Program-made: the position numbers and the translations under genes
Shown: positions 54,317 through 63,998 of the stretch, piece by piece
How positions within the stretch are numbered: position 1 is the first letter of the stretch
How the letters are laid out: every line of letters begins with the position of its first letter
Notes under the pieces: model-generated
Told to the model about the DNA's origin: nothing
What the model saw: the letters and a program-made list of their open reading frames with translations, nothing else
The model's database searches: none
Assembly (NCBI GenBank): GCA_050011565.1
Contig: JBEKIW010000002.1
Location: forward strand, 192,001-256,000
Source of the DNA: Dehalococcoidia bacterium
GTDB taxonomy: Bacteria; Chloroflexota; Dehalococcoidia; GIF9; UBA5629
Direction of reading: 5' to 3'
Length of the DNA stretch: 64,000 nt

Positions 54317-55105
54317 ATAACGAGAAATATACATAGCAATACAATAATCGTTGGCAACCTCAACATCCGCTACTTTACCGGCGGGCAAGGCGACCCGCTG
54401 GTGATAATTCACGGAGGAGGCGACGGGGCCAGGGCGTGGTTAAAAAATGCAGAGGAGCTCTCCAAGTACTATAGCGTTTATATCCCCGACCTCCCCGGCT
54501 TCGGCCTCAGTCAATCGGCTAACGACAGGTTTCATTTACCTGAATACGTAGCCTTTATAGAAGACTTTTCATCTACGCTGGGCATTGAGCGCTTCCATTT
54601 AATGGGGCATTCCATTGGCGGCGGCATCGCCCTACACTATGCGCTGAAATTCCCACAGAAAATAAGGGGGCTGGTGCTCGTCAGTAGTTGGTGCCTGGGA
54701 ATTGAAGCTGCGCTGTGGGTCAGGCTCCTGTCTCACCCGGCTCTTTGCAGGTATCTTGGGGAAGCCGGCATTGCCGTCTCCAAGGGCGTCAAATGGCTGG
54801 CTCGTTCATTTTATGCTCCTTTCAGATTCGCCAATCCTATTACCCGGGTCAAGATGGACATGGGGAAGACCATGATAACTTTGAGGGGGCAGACTACGGT
54901 ATTACAGGACCGTCTTTGCGAACTGACTATGCCTACGTTGGTGGTGTGGGGTGATGGGGACCGTATCGTACCTGCGGCTCATGCCTACGTGGCCGCCGAG
55001 TTGATTCCCGATTGCCAGCTATATGTCTTCAAAGGCTGCGGGCATAACGCATACAAGCAAAGAGTCGAGGAGTTTTCGCAGCTTCTGGCAAGATTCCTGG
55101 ACTAA
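54317..55105 (+). CDS. Alpha/beta hydrolase; probable ATA start at 54317
   Basis: aggag then in-frame ITRNIHSNTIIVGNLNIRYFTGGQGDPLVIIHGG; PDLPGFG, GHSIGG, WGDGD, CGH. Confidence 0.85.
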   Translation: MTRNIHSNTIIVGNLNIRYFTGGQGDPLVIIHGGGDGARAWLKNAEELSKYYSVYIPDLPGFGLSQSANDRFHLPEYVAFIEDFSSTLGIERFHLMGHSIGGGIALHYALKFPQKIRGLVLVSSWCLGIEAALWVRLLSHPALCRYLGEAGIAVSKGVKWLARSFYAPFRFANPITRVKMDMGKTMITLRGQTTVLQDRLCELTMPTLVVWGDGDRIVPAAHAYVAAELIPDCQLYVFKGCGHNAYKQRVEEFSQLLARFLD

Positions 55106-55293
55106 TAAACTCCCCGCTAACAAAAAATCCACCTATTTTTTTCTTATAACCTTTCCTTTAATCTCTATCTTTACACCTCCGAAGACAAATTGCTATTCAA
55201 CCACGTGAAGACATTCCTTTGGAGTGCTATACTATCTCCCCAGGAGCTAAAATCTCTCCGTATTCCGCTAAAAAAGAAAGGGGAAAGAACGCC

Positions 55294-56502
55294 ATGGAGG
55301 AATACAAAGTCTACAAGTATCGATGGGTTATTCTGGCTGTCTACATGTACGTAGCCGCACTGACGCAGCTCTACTGGCTGAACTTCGCCGCCATCGACAC
55401 CTTTATCGAAGAGCGTTTAAGCATACCGGCCAGCAGCGTCATGTGGTTCACGCTGGTCTTTCCCCTGGTGCAGGTCTTGCTTACCATGCCTGCAGGCCTG
55501 ATTATCGATAGAAAAGGGTTTAAATATGGCGTCGGCATAGGCGCTCTGTTCACCGGCGTATTTGCCATGCTCCGCCTGGCCAGTCCCGACTCATTTACCA
55601 TCCTTCTGATTTCCCAGATAGGTATTTCAATCGGGCAGCCTTTTATATTAAACGGCGTTACCAAGCTCGCCGTAACCTGGTTTCCACAGAAAGAAGAGGC
55701 AACCGCGGTGGGGCTTGGTTCACTGGCATTGTTTGTCGGTATGATGGTTGCATTAGGGGCAACTCCGGCGCTGGTGCAATCTCTTAGCTTCGAAACAATG
55801 CTTCTGGTCTACGGCGCCATAGGCCTTCTGGGAGTGGTGCTATTCTTTGCACTGGTTAAATCTAAGCCCGAAACGCCGCCGAGAGAACTGGAAGAGCAGG
55901 TGGAAATCGCCGGTTGGCAGGGCATCAAGCATATCCTGAAAATCAGGGACTTCGTTATCCTCGGATTCATTGCCATGATTGGTATTGGCGTCTTTAATGG
56001 GCTGGCTACCTGGCTGGAGAAAATATTGAACGAACTGCATCAAATCCCAATGACCGACGCCGGAACTATATCGGCAATACTCATTCTCTCCGGTATGCTC
56101 GGCTGCATTATTATACCCATGGTTTCGGATAAAATCATGAAGAGGAAGCCTTTTCTAATAGCAGCATCTGCAATCGGAGCTCTGGGCATTGTCGCTTTGA
56201 TGATTTCCAAAGGCTACTCCCTGAATATGCTGAACGGCATCATTCTCGGCTTCTTTTTGATTTCGGCTCTGCCCATAATGCTGACCATGTCCACCGAGAT
56301 TACCGGCGCCAGATTTGCCGGTATTTCAGTTGGCTATTTGCAGCTCTTAGGCAACGCGGCTGCCGTAGTTATTGTTCCCGTAATAGAATTTATGCGCGGA
56401 ACCACCGGGCAGTATATCTGGCCGCTGGCATTCATCGCCGGGCTATTGGGCATATCCTTCATACTGTCAATAGTGATAAGAGAGCCGGCAAAAAGCAGGT
56501 GA
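55294..56502 (+). CDS. MFS transporter
   Basis: YKYRWVIL, GLIIDRKG, 12 hydrophobic segments, SDKIMKRK. Confidence 0.92.
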   Translation: MEEYKVYKYRWVILAVYMYVAALTQLYWLNFAAIDTFIEERLSIPASSVMWFTLVFPLVQVLLTMPAGLIIDRKGFKYGVGIGALFTGVFAMLRLASPDSFTILLISQIGISIGQPFILNGVTKLAVTWFPQKEEATAVGLGSLALFVGMMVALGATPALVQSLSFETMLLVYGAIGLLGVVLFFALVKSKPETPPRELEEQVEIAGWQGIKHILKIRDFVILGFIAMIGIGVFNGLATWLEKILNELHQIPMTDAGTISAILILSGMLGCIIIPMVSDKIMKRKPFLIAASAIGALGIVALMISKGYSLNMLNGIILGFFLISALPIMLTMSTEITGARFAGISVGYLQLLGNAAAVVIVPVIEFMRGTTGQYIWPLAFIAGLLGISFILSIVIREPAKSR

Positions 56503-56530
56503 ACTGAAATTCGTTAGGCCTTACCGGGGT

Positions 56531-57190
56531 CTACTGTGCTGTTTCGCCATAGATGGCAGCGAAGAATGCCTTTTCCAGTTCAACCGCCTCAGCCGGGAGC
56601 TGGTTAACTTTGCCTATACTCAGTGCCGAGACGTATATTTTGGCCATCTCCTCCGCCAGCTCACAGATAGTCAGGGCTTCGCGCATGTCCCTGCCTACGG
56701 AAAGAACGCCATGATTTGCCAGTATGACGGCGTTTCTCGGCCCCAGCGCCGAGACCACACTTTTCGCCAACTCGGGAGTCCCCGGGAAAGCATACTCGGC
56801 AACTTTTATCTCCCCGCCGATATAGATAACCTGCTCATCGATTAGTGGAGGTATATCCAGGCGGGCAACGGCAATGGCGCTGCAAAAAGCGGGGTGAGCG
56901 TGAACCACGGCATTGACCTTTTTCCGCGCCTTGTGAACTTCGATGTGCATTATTGTCTCAATGGACGATTTTAGCTCACCTTCAACCCGCTTCCCGGCAA
57001 AGTCAACAACCACTATGTCGTCAACCTTGAGCGAATCGTAATAGCGGCCGCTGGGAGTAATGGCCAGCAGTTCCCGACCACCCGGGTCTTTAAGTCGCAA
57101 GCTAATATTCCCCGCCGTGCCCACCGCTAGCCCCTTCCTCTCCATCTCCTGAGCCGCTTCAATCACTTGCCTCTTTTCAGATTCCCACAT
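56531..57190 (-). CDS. Class II aldolase/adducin family (FucA-like)
   Basis: GTAGNIS, ITPSG, SSIE..MH, VVHAHP, LANHG. Confidence 0.9.
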   Translation of the reverse strand: MWESEKRQVIEAAQEMERKGLAVGTAGNISLRLKDPGGRELLAITPSGRYYDSLKVDDIVVVDFAGKRVEGELKSSIETIMHIEVHKARKKVNAVVHAHPAFCSAIAVARLDIPPLIDEQVIYIGGEIKVAEYAFPGTPELAKSVVSALGPRNAVILANHGVLSVGRDMREALTICELAEEMAKIYVSALSIGKVNQLPAEAVELEKAFFAAIYGETAQ

Positions 57191-57286
57191 AACTATATCT
57201 TCTCCTGATTTTTGAGCATTATATCAGAACGTTCGGCTAGCTCACTATCCACAATTGGAACTAGGCTGACGTTGTCGATTGACTGC

Positions 57287-59194
57287 CTACTCGGGCTTCT
57301 TAGCGCCTGAGACCGGCACCAGGCTGAGTGGGGAGAGGCGGATGACGGCGTTGTATTCCGGCGGGCAGACGAGCTGGCAACTGCCACATTTGGTGCACTT
57401 GGTTTGGTCGATGACCTTTATACCCTTTTCATTGGTGACGATGGCTTTTACCGGACAGGATAATACGCAATGTTCACAGGCTCGCTCGCACTTTTCTGGA
57501 AGTATGTAATAGGCGATCAGCTCTTTGCACACCAGCGCCGGACACCGTTTCTCGATAATATGAGCTTCGTATTCATCACGGAAATAGCGAATTGTAGTCA
57601 GTGCCGGATTGGCAGCGGTTCTGCCCAGGCCGCACAGCGAACCACCCCTGATATCCTCCCCCAGCTCAACCAGCAAATCCATATACTCGGGCTTGCCTTT
57701 GCCGACGGTTATGTCTTCCAATATGTCCAGCATCTGCTTGGTGCCAATGCGGCAGGTGGAACATTTACCGCATGACTCCTTCTGCGTAAAGTCGAGGAAG
57801 AACTTGGCTGTATCAACCATGCAGTTGTCCTCGTCCATGGCAATCACACCGCCGGAGCCCATAATCGCTCCGGCTTTACGCAGTGAATCGAAATCCACCG
57901 GCGTCCGCAGCATGCTCTCCGGCAAACAGCCGCCGGAAGGTCCGCCGATTTGCACCGCCTTGAACTTTTTTCCGCTCCTCATGCCACCGCCGATATCGAA
58001 GATAAGCTCGTGCAGCGTCGTGCCCATGGCCACCTCTGCCAGGCCGGTGTTGACCATCTTCCCGGCCAGCGCAAACGCGGCTGTGCCCTTGCTCGCTTCA
58101 GTGCCAATGCCGGAAAACCAATCGGCGCCGCGAGCCAGTATCAGAGGAACGTAGGCATAGGTCTTGACGTTGTTAAGCACAGTAGGCTTGCCCCACAAGC
58201 CGGACTTCACCGAATGAGGTGGCCTGGCTCTGGGCATGCTCCGCCTGCCTTCGATAGCATACATCAGTGCGGTTGACTCGCCGGAGACGAAGGCGCCAGC
58301 ACCCTGGACTATCTCTATACCAAAGCTAAATCCGCTGCCCAAAATATCATCGCCCAGTAGTCCTAAATTCGCTGCCTGTTTCAAGGCGACCTCCAACCGC
58401 TCGATGGCCAGTGGATACTCAGCCCGGATATAGACGAAACCATCATGAGCACCGACGGCATAGGCGGCGATAATCATGCCTTCTATGACCTGCTGCGGGT
58501 CGCTCTCCAGTACCACCCGGTCCATAAAAGCCCCCGGGTCGCCTTCATCAGCATTACAGATAACATACTTTGTCCGGCCTGATGCCTGGCGGCACTGCTC
58601 CCATTTCCTGCCTGTGGGGAAACCGGCGCCACCACGACCCCTGAGACCCGATTTCTTTATCTCTTCAATTATGTCATCTGGCTTCATCTTCAGCGCTTTG
58701 ACCAGACTACCGTAGCCGCCATTGGCAATATAGTGATTTATATTCGCCGGGTCGATGTAACCGCAGTTACGCAGAAGCAGACGATATTCATGCTCAAATC
58801 TGGAAAGCTCAGGTATATAGACCGCTTTGTCCTCACCGCCGCCCAGCGTGCCCAGGGCCAGGTCGAGACAAGGGTCGTCGCCCACAACATAGCCTTCCAC
58901 AAGCGTAGGCACCACCTGAGGAGTTACGTTGTTGTAGCAAACGGTGAAGGAGCCCGGCTTGATTATTGTTACAAGCGGCTCAAACGAGCAAAGGCCGATG
59001 CAGCCGACCTCGGTCACCTTAACCCGGGCTTTTCTCTTCGCCAGCTCGTGGTTAAAGGCCTCGACTACGGGCAGTGCACCGGCAGCTCGCCCACACGTAG
59101 CCGTTCCAATGAGGATGTGTGGGACTTCACCGTGATAGTGGGAGTCCCAGTCCGCCTTGGCCTGCTTCTGAATCTCTTCAAAGGTCATCGCCAA
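57287..59194 (-). CDS. HydB/NuoF-like FMN/NAD-binding subunit with extra Fe-S domains
   Basis: N-terminal Trx-like [2Fe-2S] (GTATCG...GCIGLC); GRGGAGFPTG, ADEGDPGAFMDR, GGPSGG, CGKCSTCR...SLC; H..KRC...C site; C-terminal 2x[4Fe-4S]. Confidence 0.92.
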   Translation of the reverse strand: MAMTFEEIQKQAKADWDSHYHGEVPHILIGTATCGRAAGALPVVEAFNHELAKRKARVKVTEVGCIGLCSFEPLVTIIKPGSFTVCYNNVTPQVVPTLVEGYVVGDDPCLDLALGTLGGGEDKAVYIPELSRFEHEYRLLLRNCGYIDPANINHYIANGGYGSLVKALKMKPDDIIEEIKKSGLRGRGGAGFPTGRKWEQCRQASGRTKYVICNADEGDPGAFMDRVVLESDPQQVIEGMIIAAYAVGAHDGFVYIRAEYPLAIERLEVALKQAANLGLLGDDILGSGFSFGIEIVQGAGAFVSGESTALMYAIEGRRSMPRARPPHSVKSGLWGKPTVLNNVKTYAYVPLILARGADWFSGIGTEASKGTAAFALAGKMVNTGLAEVAMGTTLHELIFDIGGGMRSGKKFKAVQIGGPSGGCLPESMLRTPVDFDSLRKAGAIMGSGGVIAMDEDNCMVDTAKFFLDFTQKESCGKCSTCRIGTKQMLDILEDITVGKGKPEYMDLLVELGEDIRGGSLCGLGRTAANPALTTIRYFRDEYEAHIIEKRCPALVCKELIAYYILPEKCERACEHCVLSCPVKAIVTNEKGIKVIDQTKCTKCGSCQLVCPPEYNAVIRLSPLSLVPVSGAKKPE

Positions 59195-59201
59195 CCTCTT
59201 A

Positions 59202-59279
59202 TGTCACCCTGAGCGGAAGCGAAGGGTCTCTAGGCCCCTCACTCCGAGATTCTTCGTCGATTCTCTCCTCAGAATGACA
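59202..59279. repeat. REP-like element, second family
   Basis: tgtcaccctgagcg..gcgaagggtct...agattcttcg...ctcagaatgaca; a half-copy ggattcttcg...ttcagaatgaca lies at about 10110-10142. Confidence 0.65.
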
Positions 59280-59297
59280 TTTAGGGTCATCACTTCC

Positions 59298-59786
59298 TTA
59301 CTGCTTTTCTGGCGGCTCCTGGCTTACTGGTTTAATTGTCACCAGCACTTCCTCGACCTTCGGAGGCGTCATCCTGGGATAGACGGAGTCGCTGACTACC
59401 ACGACCGGAGCCAGGGCACAGCAGCCGACGCAGGCTACTCTGTCCAGGCTGAACTCTTGGTCCGGCGTAATGCCACCTACCTGTATATCGAGCTCCCTGG
59501 ACATAGCCTCGAGTACCAGCCTGCCGCCGGCCAAATGACAGGCGGTGCCCATACAGACTTTTACGGGGTGCTTGCCCAGAGGTGTGAAGCGGAACAGATT
59601 ATAAAAAGTAGCGATGCCGTACACCGTGCTCTCCGGAATTTCCAGAAAGTCGGCGATGGCCAGCATCGCCTCTTTTGAAATATAGCCTAGCTTATGTTGA
59701 ACTTGCTGAAGAAGGGAGATTAAATGGCGTCTATCCTTCTTTCTTTTTATAAGGATGTCTGCCAGATCCTGGTTCAGTTCTGCCAC
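59298..59786 (-). CDS. HydC/NuoE-like [2Fe-2S] subunit
   Basis: YGIATFY, VCMGTACH, ACVGCCALAP; 13-nt overlap with acsC. Confidence 0.93.
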   Translation of the reverse strand: MAELNQDLADILIKRKKDRRHLISLLQQVQHKLGYISKEAMLAIADFLEIPESTVYGIATFYNLFRFTPLGKHPVKVCMGTACHLAGGRLVLEAMSRELDIQVGGITPDQEFSLDRVACVGCCALAPVVVVSDSVYPRMTPPKVEEVLVTIKPVSQEPPEKQ

Positions 59787-61141
59787 TTCTTCACGAGACC
59801 CGGTAGGTATGCTGGTATCTCGCTGGCTTCTCTAGGTCCAACGATGATTTCCCAGCCGGGCAAAGCCTCCTCCAGCTCTCCCTTAATCCGGGCTACTTTG
59901 CCTGGGATAACCAGTTTCCGGTGCTTTACCCTGTCTTCGATGCCCGATTTTTTAATGAACGGTCCGATGGAGTCACCGGAGAACTTCCCCGCCGCCCAGC
60001 CGGTGAGAACGCCAAGTCCTTCGGTGTCCTTGACGCAGAGCCATGACGAGACTTTGCTGCCTTCGATTTCCGAGGCCACAATAAAATAGGTCAACGCCCA
60101 GTTGCTGGTAATCAACACCGGTGATTGGTCGGTCGGCTCGCCTATCTCGTAAATCTTCTGCTCCACGGACATAGGTATGCGCGGGTCGGTATAGATATTT
60201 AGCCTCTGGACCAGCAACGGCAGCAATGAGTACTTGTCGAAGTCGGATAAGACGATAACGCCCGGATATTTAATCACAAACATAGCCGCCAGCAGGATTT
60301 GTCTGATTTCATCTTTGCCTATAAAACAGGGGAATCCGATGGTGGGATAACCCAGAGGTCTGAAGTTCTGTTTCAAGGCTGCGCGCCGAATAAGCGTTTG
60401 GTCCCTGATGGCTTCCTGCATATTTTTAGCGATCGGGTCTAGTACTATCTCATCCAGACCGGCTTCCTTCAGCTTGGTGGTCAACGGTATCAGCTCTTCT
60501 ACGCTGTTGCCCTTCACCACTACCGGCGTCGGCGAACTCTTAATTCCGGCAATTATTTTGTCAATGTTATCTTTGGTAACAGCATAGAGCAGCGGCTTTC
60601 TTTCACCGCATATCTTCTTAGCTGAAAGCAGAACGTCAACATCCTCCGACATTAACACCAGAGGCAAATCGGTGCCGGCACAGACTTTCTTAACCAGTGC
60701 CTCAAATTTAGCTTTATCGCCCGACTCAAAATGCAGCGCCAAAACGTTCGCCTTAAGAGTCAGTCCTACCCACGGGAACTGTAATTCTTGTATCTTCTTA
60801 AGCTTCTCGTCGACCTTAGCCTCAGGTTCTTTGTCTGAGATAAGCAGGGCGATGCCCGGCTGATGGATGAAGGTCTTCTCATGCCTGTAAACCACCTCCT
60901 CACCGCCGATCAAGAGGGCATTTTTGCCTGAGCCGATGGTTACCGGCTTGATAGGTGGCGCCAGGGCCTCTTCCAGTTCAGCCTTAACCTCTACTGCAAG
61001 GTAAGAACATTTATCCAGCGAAACGCCGCCGGAAGCCAGCTTCATGGCGAAGGCAAAACAGGTGGGGAAACCGCACTCACGGCAATTCTTCTTGCCTCCA
61101 TCCGGAAGCTTCTTTACAACATCAGTTCCTTTTAGCGCCAT
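59774..61141 (-). CDS. acsC: Corrinoid iron-sulfur protein large (gamma) subunit
   Basis: NCRECGFPTCFAFAMKL, VYRHEKTF, IYTDP, VLTGWAAGKF, IVGPREAS. Confidence 0.95.
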   Translation of the reverse strand: MALKGTDVVKKLPDGGKKNCRECGFPTCFAFAMKLASGGVSLDKCSYLAVEVKAELEEALAPPIKPVTIGSGKNALLIGGEEVVYRHEKTFIHQPGIALLISDKEPEAKVDEKLKKIQELQFPWVGLTLKANVLALHFESGDKAKFEALVKKVCAGTDLPLVLMSEDVDVLLSAKKICGERKPLLYAVTKDNIDKIIAGIKSSPTPVVVKGNSVEELIPLTTKLKEAGLDEIVLDPIAKNMQEAIRDQTLIRRAALKQNFRPLGYPTIGFPCFIGKDEIRQILLAAMFVIKYPGVIVLSDFDKYSLLPLLVQRLNIYTDPRIPMSVEQKIYEIGEPTDQSPVLITSNWALTYFIVASEIEGSKVSSWLCVKDTEGLGVLTGWAAGKFSGDSIGPFIKKSGIEDRVKHRKLVIPGKVARIKGELEEALPGWEIIVGPREASEIPAYLPGLVKKWQN

Positions 61142-61161
61142 TGAAATCCTCCTAGCTCATT

Positions 61162-62388
61162 TTATACTGGAAGCTCCACCTCACCCTTCACCCACGGATG
61201 ACCTACCTTATCCAGGAACGCAATCAATTCATCGACGTTCTTGACGTCTTCCTCCGTAGCTATTTTATCGTACACGTCTGCAGGTATAGCCTCCTTATAT
61301 CTCTCTTTTATCTCCTTTGGCATCCACACGCAGCGCCTCAATCCGCCATCGGCAAAAAGGAATTTGGGCGACCTCAAATACTCCAGAGCCATACCCAAAA
61401 AGCCCTCTACCTGCCGGCCGCCGCTGGTATCCGCTGCCATAGTCGAGAACGGCACACCGACCACAGTATTGCCCGCAAAATCCCTGTGGACGAGGCCGAA
61501 GGCATCGACTTCAGGAATATAGAACCAGATCGCCTGGAAGCAACCGCAGGAAGTATGCGGATGCTCGAAAGCGCTGTGTAGAAAGACCCGGTTATAAGCC
61601 CCCATGGATTTTATTGCTCCCAGCTCGTTGCAGCCTTTGTACTCCCCTCTTATCGGGTCTAAACATTCACCCTTCTTTACCTCCTGCACCGGACCCTCCG
61701 GGTCGAGCTTATAAGCAGCTCTACCATCGAACCAGCTTATGGCTCCGCAATTAGCAATCCTCTCCGGGGTAGCAATGCAGATATGGGTTGGAGCAAAGCT
61801 CTGACACAGGGCGCAGCTATAAAACTCCTGAACATCGTCTTCTTTCAAGCCCCTGGCTCTCTCATCCCTGGCCTTATAGACCTCGCGAGCCTTGGCTAGA
61901 AGCTCCTCAACCTTCTTTTCATCGGTAACGAAGGTAATGGAAATCTTCTCGATGATATCTAATTCCGATGTATAGAGGAACATCAGTATCTGGCCAATCG
62001 CTTCAAAAGAGTTAAGCCCCTTAGAGACGGAATCCTTGCTGAGCCTGATCCAGACTTCGTCTCTCTGGTTCATATGATACAAGCCCTCTATGTAGTTGGC
62101 ATAAAGGTGCATCCTTCTCTCAAAGACCGGCTCCATGTCTTTCTCTAACTTGGCGCCGGCAACGTTAATCATCAAGCCTATGGGATAACTGCCGCCTTCT
62201 TTCAAGTCTTTGATGTCCGGACCGATGACCTCAATCTTCTGGTCCTCAACTTCATCAAGGCTTTTCAGAGTGACCAGCTCAAATTTGCTCTTCGCCTGCG
62301 GACCGCCGAACTCGACATACATGTCGCCTTTTCTGATTACTTCGCCCTCATACTGGGGCCCAACGTCTACCGGGAAAATTCCTGCCAT
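61162..62388 (-). CDS. cdhC: Acetyl-CoA synthase beta subunit, archaeal CdhC-type (no N-terminal bacterial domain)
   Basis: PVDVGPQYEGEVIRK start, CALCQSF...HIC, PHTSCGCF; 408 aa. Confidence 0.93.
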   Translation of the reverse strand: MAGIFPVDVGPQYEGEVIRKGDMYVEFGGPQAKSKFELVTLKSLDEVEDQKIEVIGPDIKDLKEGGSYPIGLMINVAGAKLEKDMEPVFERRMHLYANYIEGLYHMNQRDEVWIRLSKDSVSKGLNSFEAIGQILMFLYTSELDIIEKISITFVTDEKKVEELLAKAREVYKARDERARGLKEDDVQEFYSCALCQSFAPTHICIATPERIANCGAISWFDGRAAYKLDPEGPVQEVKKGECLDPIRGEYKGCNELGAIKSMGAYNRVFLHSAFEHPHTSCGCFQAIWFYIPEVDAFGLVHRDFAGNTVVGVPFSTMAADTSGGRQVEGFLGMALEYLRSPKFLFADGGLRRCVWMPKEIKERYKEAIPADVYDKIATEEDVKNVDELIAFLDKVGHPWVKGEVELPV

Positions 62389-62392
62389 TCTA

Positions 62393-62947
62393 TTATGCCT
62401 CCTTGCTCTTTAAATTTGTTATTAGATTATCTAGAAATTCCTTCCACTGTTCATCTTTTCTGAAATTAGGAAGGGAAAAGCTGGCATGCGGATAGTAGAA
62501 TTTGCACAAGGTCATAGTCTTAAGGTGTGGGGCGTAGTGCTTTAAGGTTGACAGGCCTTGCTCAGCCAGGTCAGTCCTGAAGCCGAGAAACATCACCAAA
62601 TCGTGATTGCCTTCCTTCTTAACCCCTTTCCAGCCCGGGTCTTTGAGATGGTTGAGTATCTCTATGATGTCGTAGCTGCTGGCCGGCTCAACGCCCAGTT
62701 CAAGCAGCTTTTTCTTGGTATGAGCTGTGGCGCATATCGGTATATCGAGGGTTTTAGCTATTTCCACGCCATACTCGATAAGGGATTTACCACCCAAAGT
62801 CGTGGTAAGTGACCAGGCACCGAGAACAAGAAGAGGCCTCTGAGCACGTTTTATAAGGTGGGCATACTCACCGGCATCTTCGATAAGCCTGGCTGACTTA
62901 GTCCCGGTTAACACATTAACTCGATGATACGGTAAAGTCGTGGTCAT
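62393..62947 (-). CDS. cdhB: CODH/ACS epsilon subunit (archaeal-type)
   Basis: IKRAQRPLLVLG, L.DPGWKG..EGNHDLVMFLG, LSTLKHYAPHLKT.TLC...PHASFS. Confidence 0.92.
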   Translation of the reverse strand: MTTTLPYHRVNVLTGTKSARLIEDAGEYAHLIKRAQRPLLVLGAWSLTTTLGGKSLIEYGVEIAKTLDIPICATAHTKKKLLELGVEPASSYDIIEILNHLKDPGWKGVKKEGNHDLVMFLGFRTDLAEQGLSTLKHYAPHLKTMTLCKFYYPHASFSLPNFRKDEQWKEFLDNLITNLKSKEA

Positions 62948-62963
62948 AACATAACCTCCTTGC

Positions 62964-63659
62964 TTATGCTACCTTAGCCGATTTTAGAGCCTTCCCCGCC
63001 GCCAGTTTGGTCATAAGGCCGGCGCGATGCATTAAAGTATCTTCAAACTCCTGGTCCATTACCATTGTCGACAGGCAGGGATACTGGTGATGGAGAAGCC
63101 CGGCTTTCTCTACGGCGTCTCTTTCCCAGATTCCGACCAAACCATCAGCTACATACGGAGTACAACCACACGGAGCCCCCCTGATAACTGCCACCCGTTT
63201 TATTCTATCTTTATCGAGCTCTATATCCAGTTCCGGCTTTCCGAAATATTTAGCAAATTCTTTAATATGAGGGTTCTGACTATCTTTTTCCGTCAGAGTA
63301 CAGAAGGGGACCGGATAGACCATATCCACACCCATCGATTCCAGCTTCCGCTTAATTTGCTTGGCTAAACCCGGTGGCAGCCAGGTACGGTTATCTGCCG
63401 GGGCGATGACTGCTTTGGCGCCGCTTTTCTTTACCATGTCGGGAATTATTTGAGCCACCCCGGGATGCTCACCCAGGGATATCAACAAATCGGCCGCCGG
63501 CAGCTCTTTGGGTAGAAACTCACCAGCGTCATCGATTATAGCCGGCAAGTCCTGAGCAAAGGTGAAAGTATAAACCTTCCAGCCGGCCGGGCCGCACTTC
63601 CTTATATTATCGGCAATCCTCTGGCCATAATGGCCTTGTATAGCTACCAGAACTCGCAT
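62964..63659 (-). CDS. DUF166 family protein
   Basis: G.YGQR, LPAIIDD, HP, PFCTL, FGKP, RGAPCG, HHQYPC. Confidence 0.8.
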   Translation of the reverse strand: MRVLVAIQGHYGQRIADNIRKCGPAGWKVYTFTFAQDLPAIIDDAGEFLPKELPAADLLISLGEHPGVAQIIPDMVKKSGAKAVIAPADNRTWLPPGLAKQIKRKLESMGVDMVYPVPFCTLTEKDSQNPHIKEFAKYFGKPELDIELDKDRIKRVAVIRGAPCGCTPYVADGLVGIWERDAVEKAGLLHHQYPCLSTMVMDQEFEDTLMHRAGLMTKLAAGKALKSAKVA

Positions 63660-63680
63660 GAATCCTCTTTTTAAATCTCC

Positions 63681-63998
63681 TTAGTGGACAACCGACTCTA
63701 TCGGCACCTCTGATGGATAAGTTCCTATCAATGTGGGCAGGGTTAAAACCGGCTTCTCCTTCCAGCCCACTTTCTCGAGGTATGCCATGACCTCCTTCTT
63801 AAAGAAGATGGGTATATCAGTAGCCTTTCTAACGAAAAGATGGAGGTCGTCGGGAAGGCTGCCCATATACTGCTTATGCAGAGCAATGTAGTGCGTGAGC
63901 TTTAACTGGCGTCCTTGAGCGGTATCGTTCTTCCTGATGCACAGCTTGGCCATAGTGACCATCGCCCTCTCCTTGGACTCTACCACGGTAATTAAGTG
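63681..63998 (-). CDS. cdhA: CODH/ACS alpha subunit (archaeal-type CODH), C-terminal part (5' beyond window)
   Basis: Open to window end: HLITVVESKERAMVTMAKLCIRKNDT..GR.LKLTHYI.LH...LPDDLHLFVR...DIP. Confidence 0.88.
   Translation of the reverse strand, partial: HLITVVESKERAMVTMAKLCIRKNDTAQGRQLKLTHYIALHKQYMGSLPDDLHLFVRKATDIPIFFKKEVMAYLEKVGWKEKPVLTLPTLIGTYPSEVPIESVVH

Noticed and set aside
57287-59786. Respiratory complex I nuoE/nuoF
   Set aside because: No other nuo genes nearby, and the F-like subunit has HydB-type extra domains
10213-63368. Numerous short antisense or alternate-frame ORFs within annotated genes
   Set aside because: They overlap well-supported genes and lack RBS and recognisable motifs
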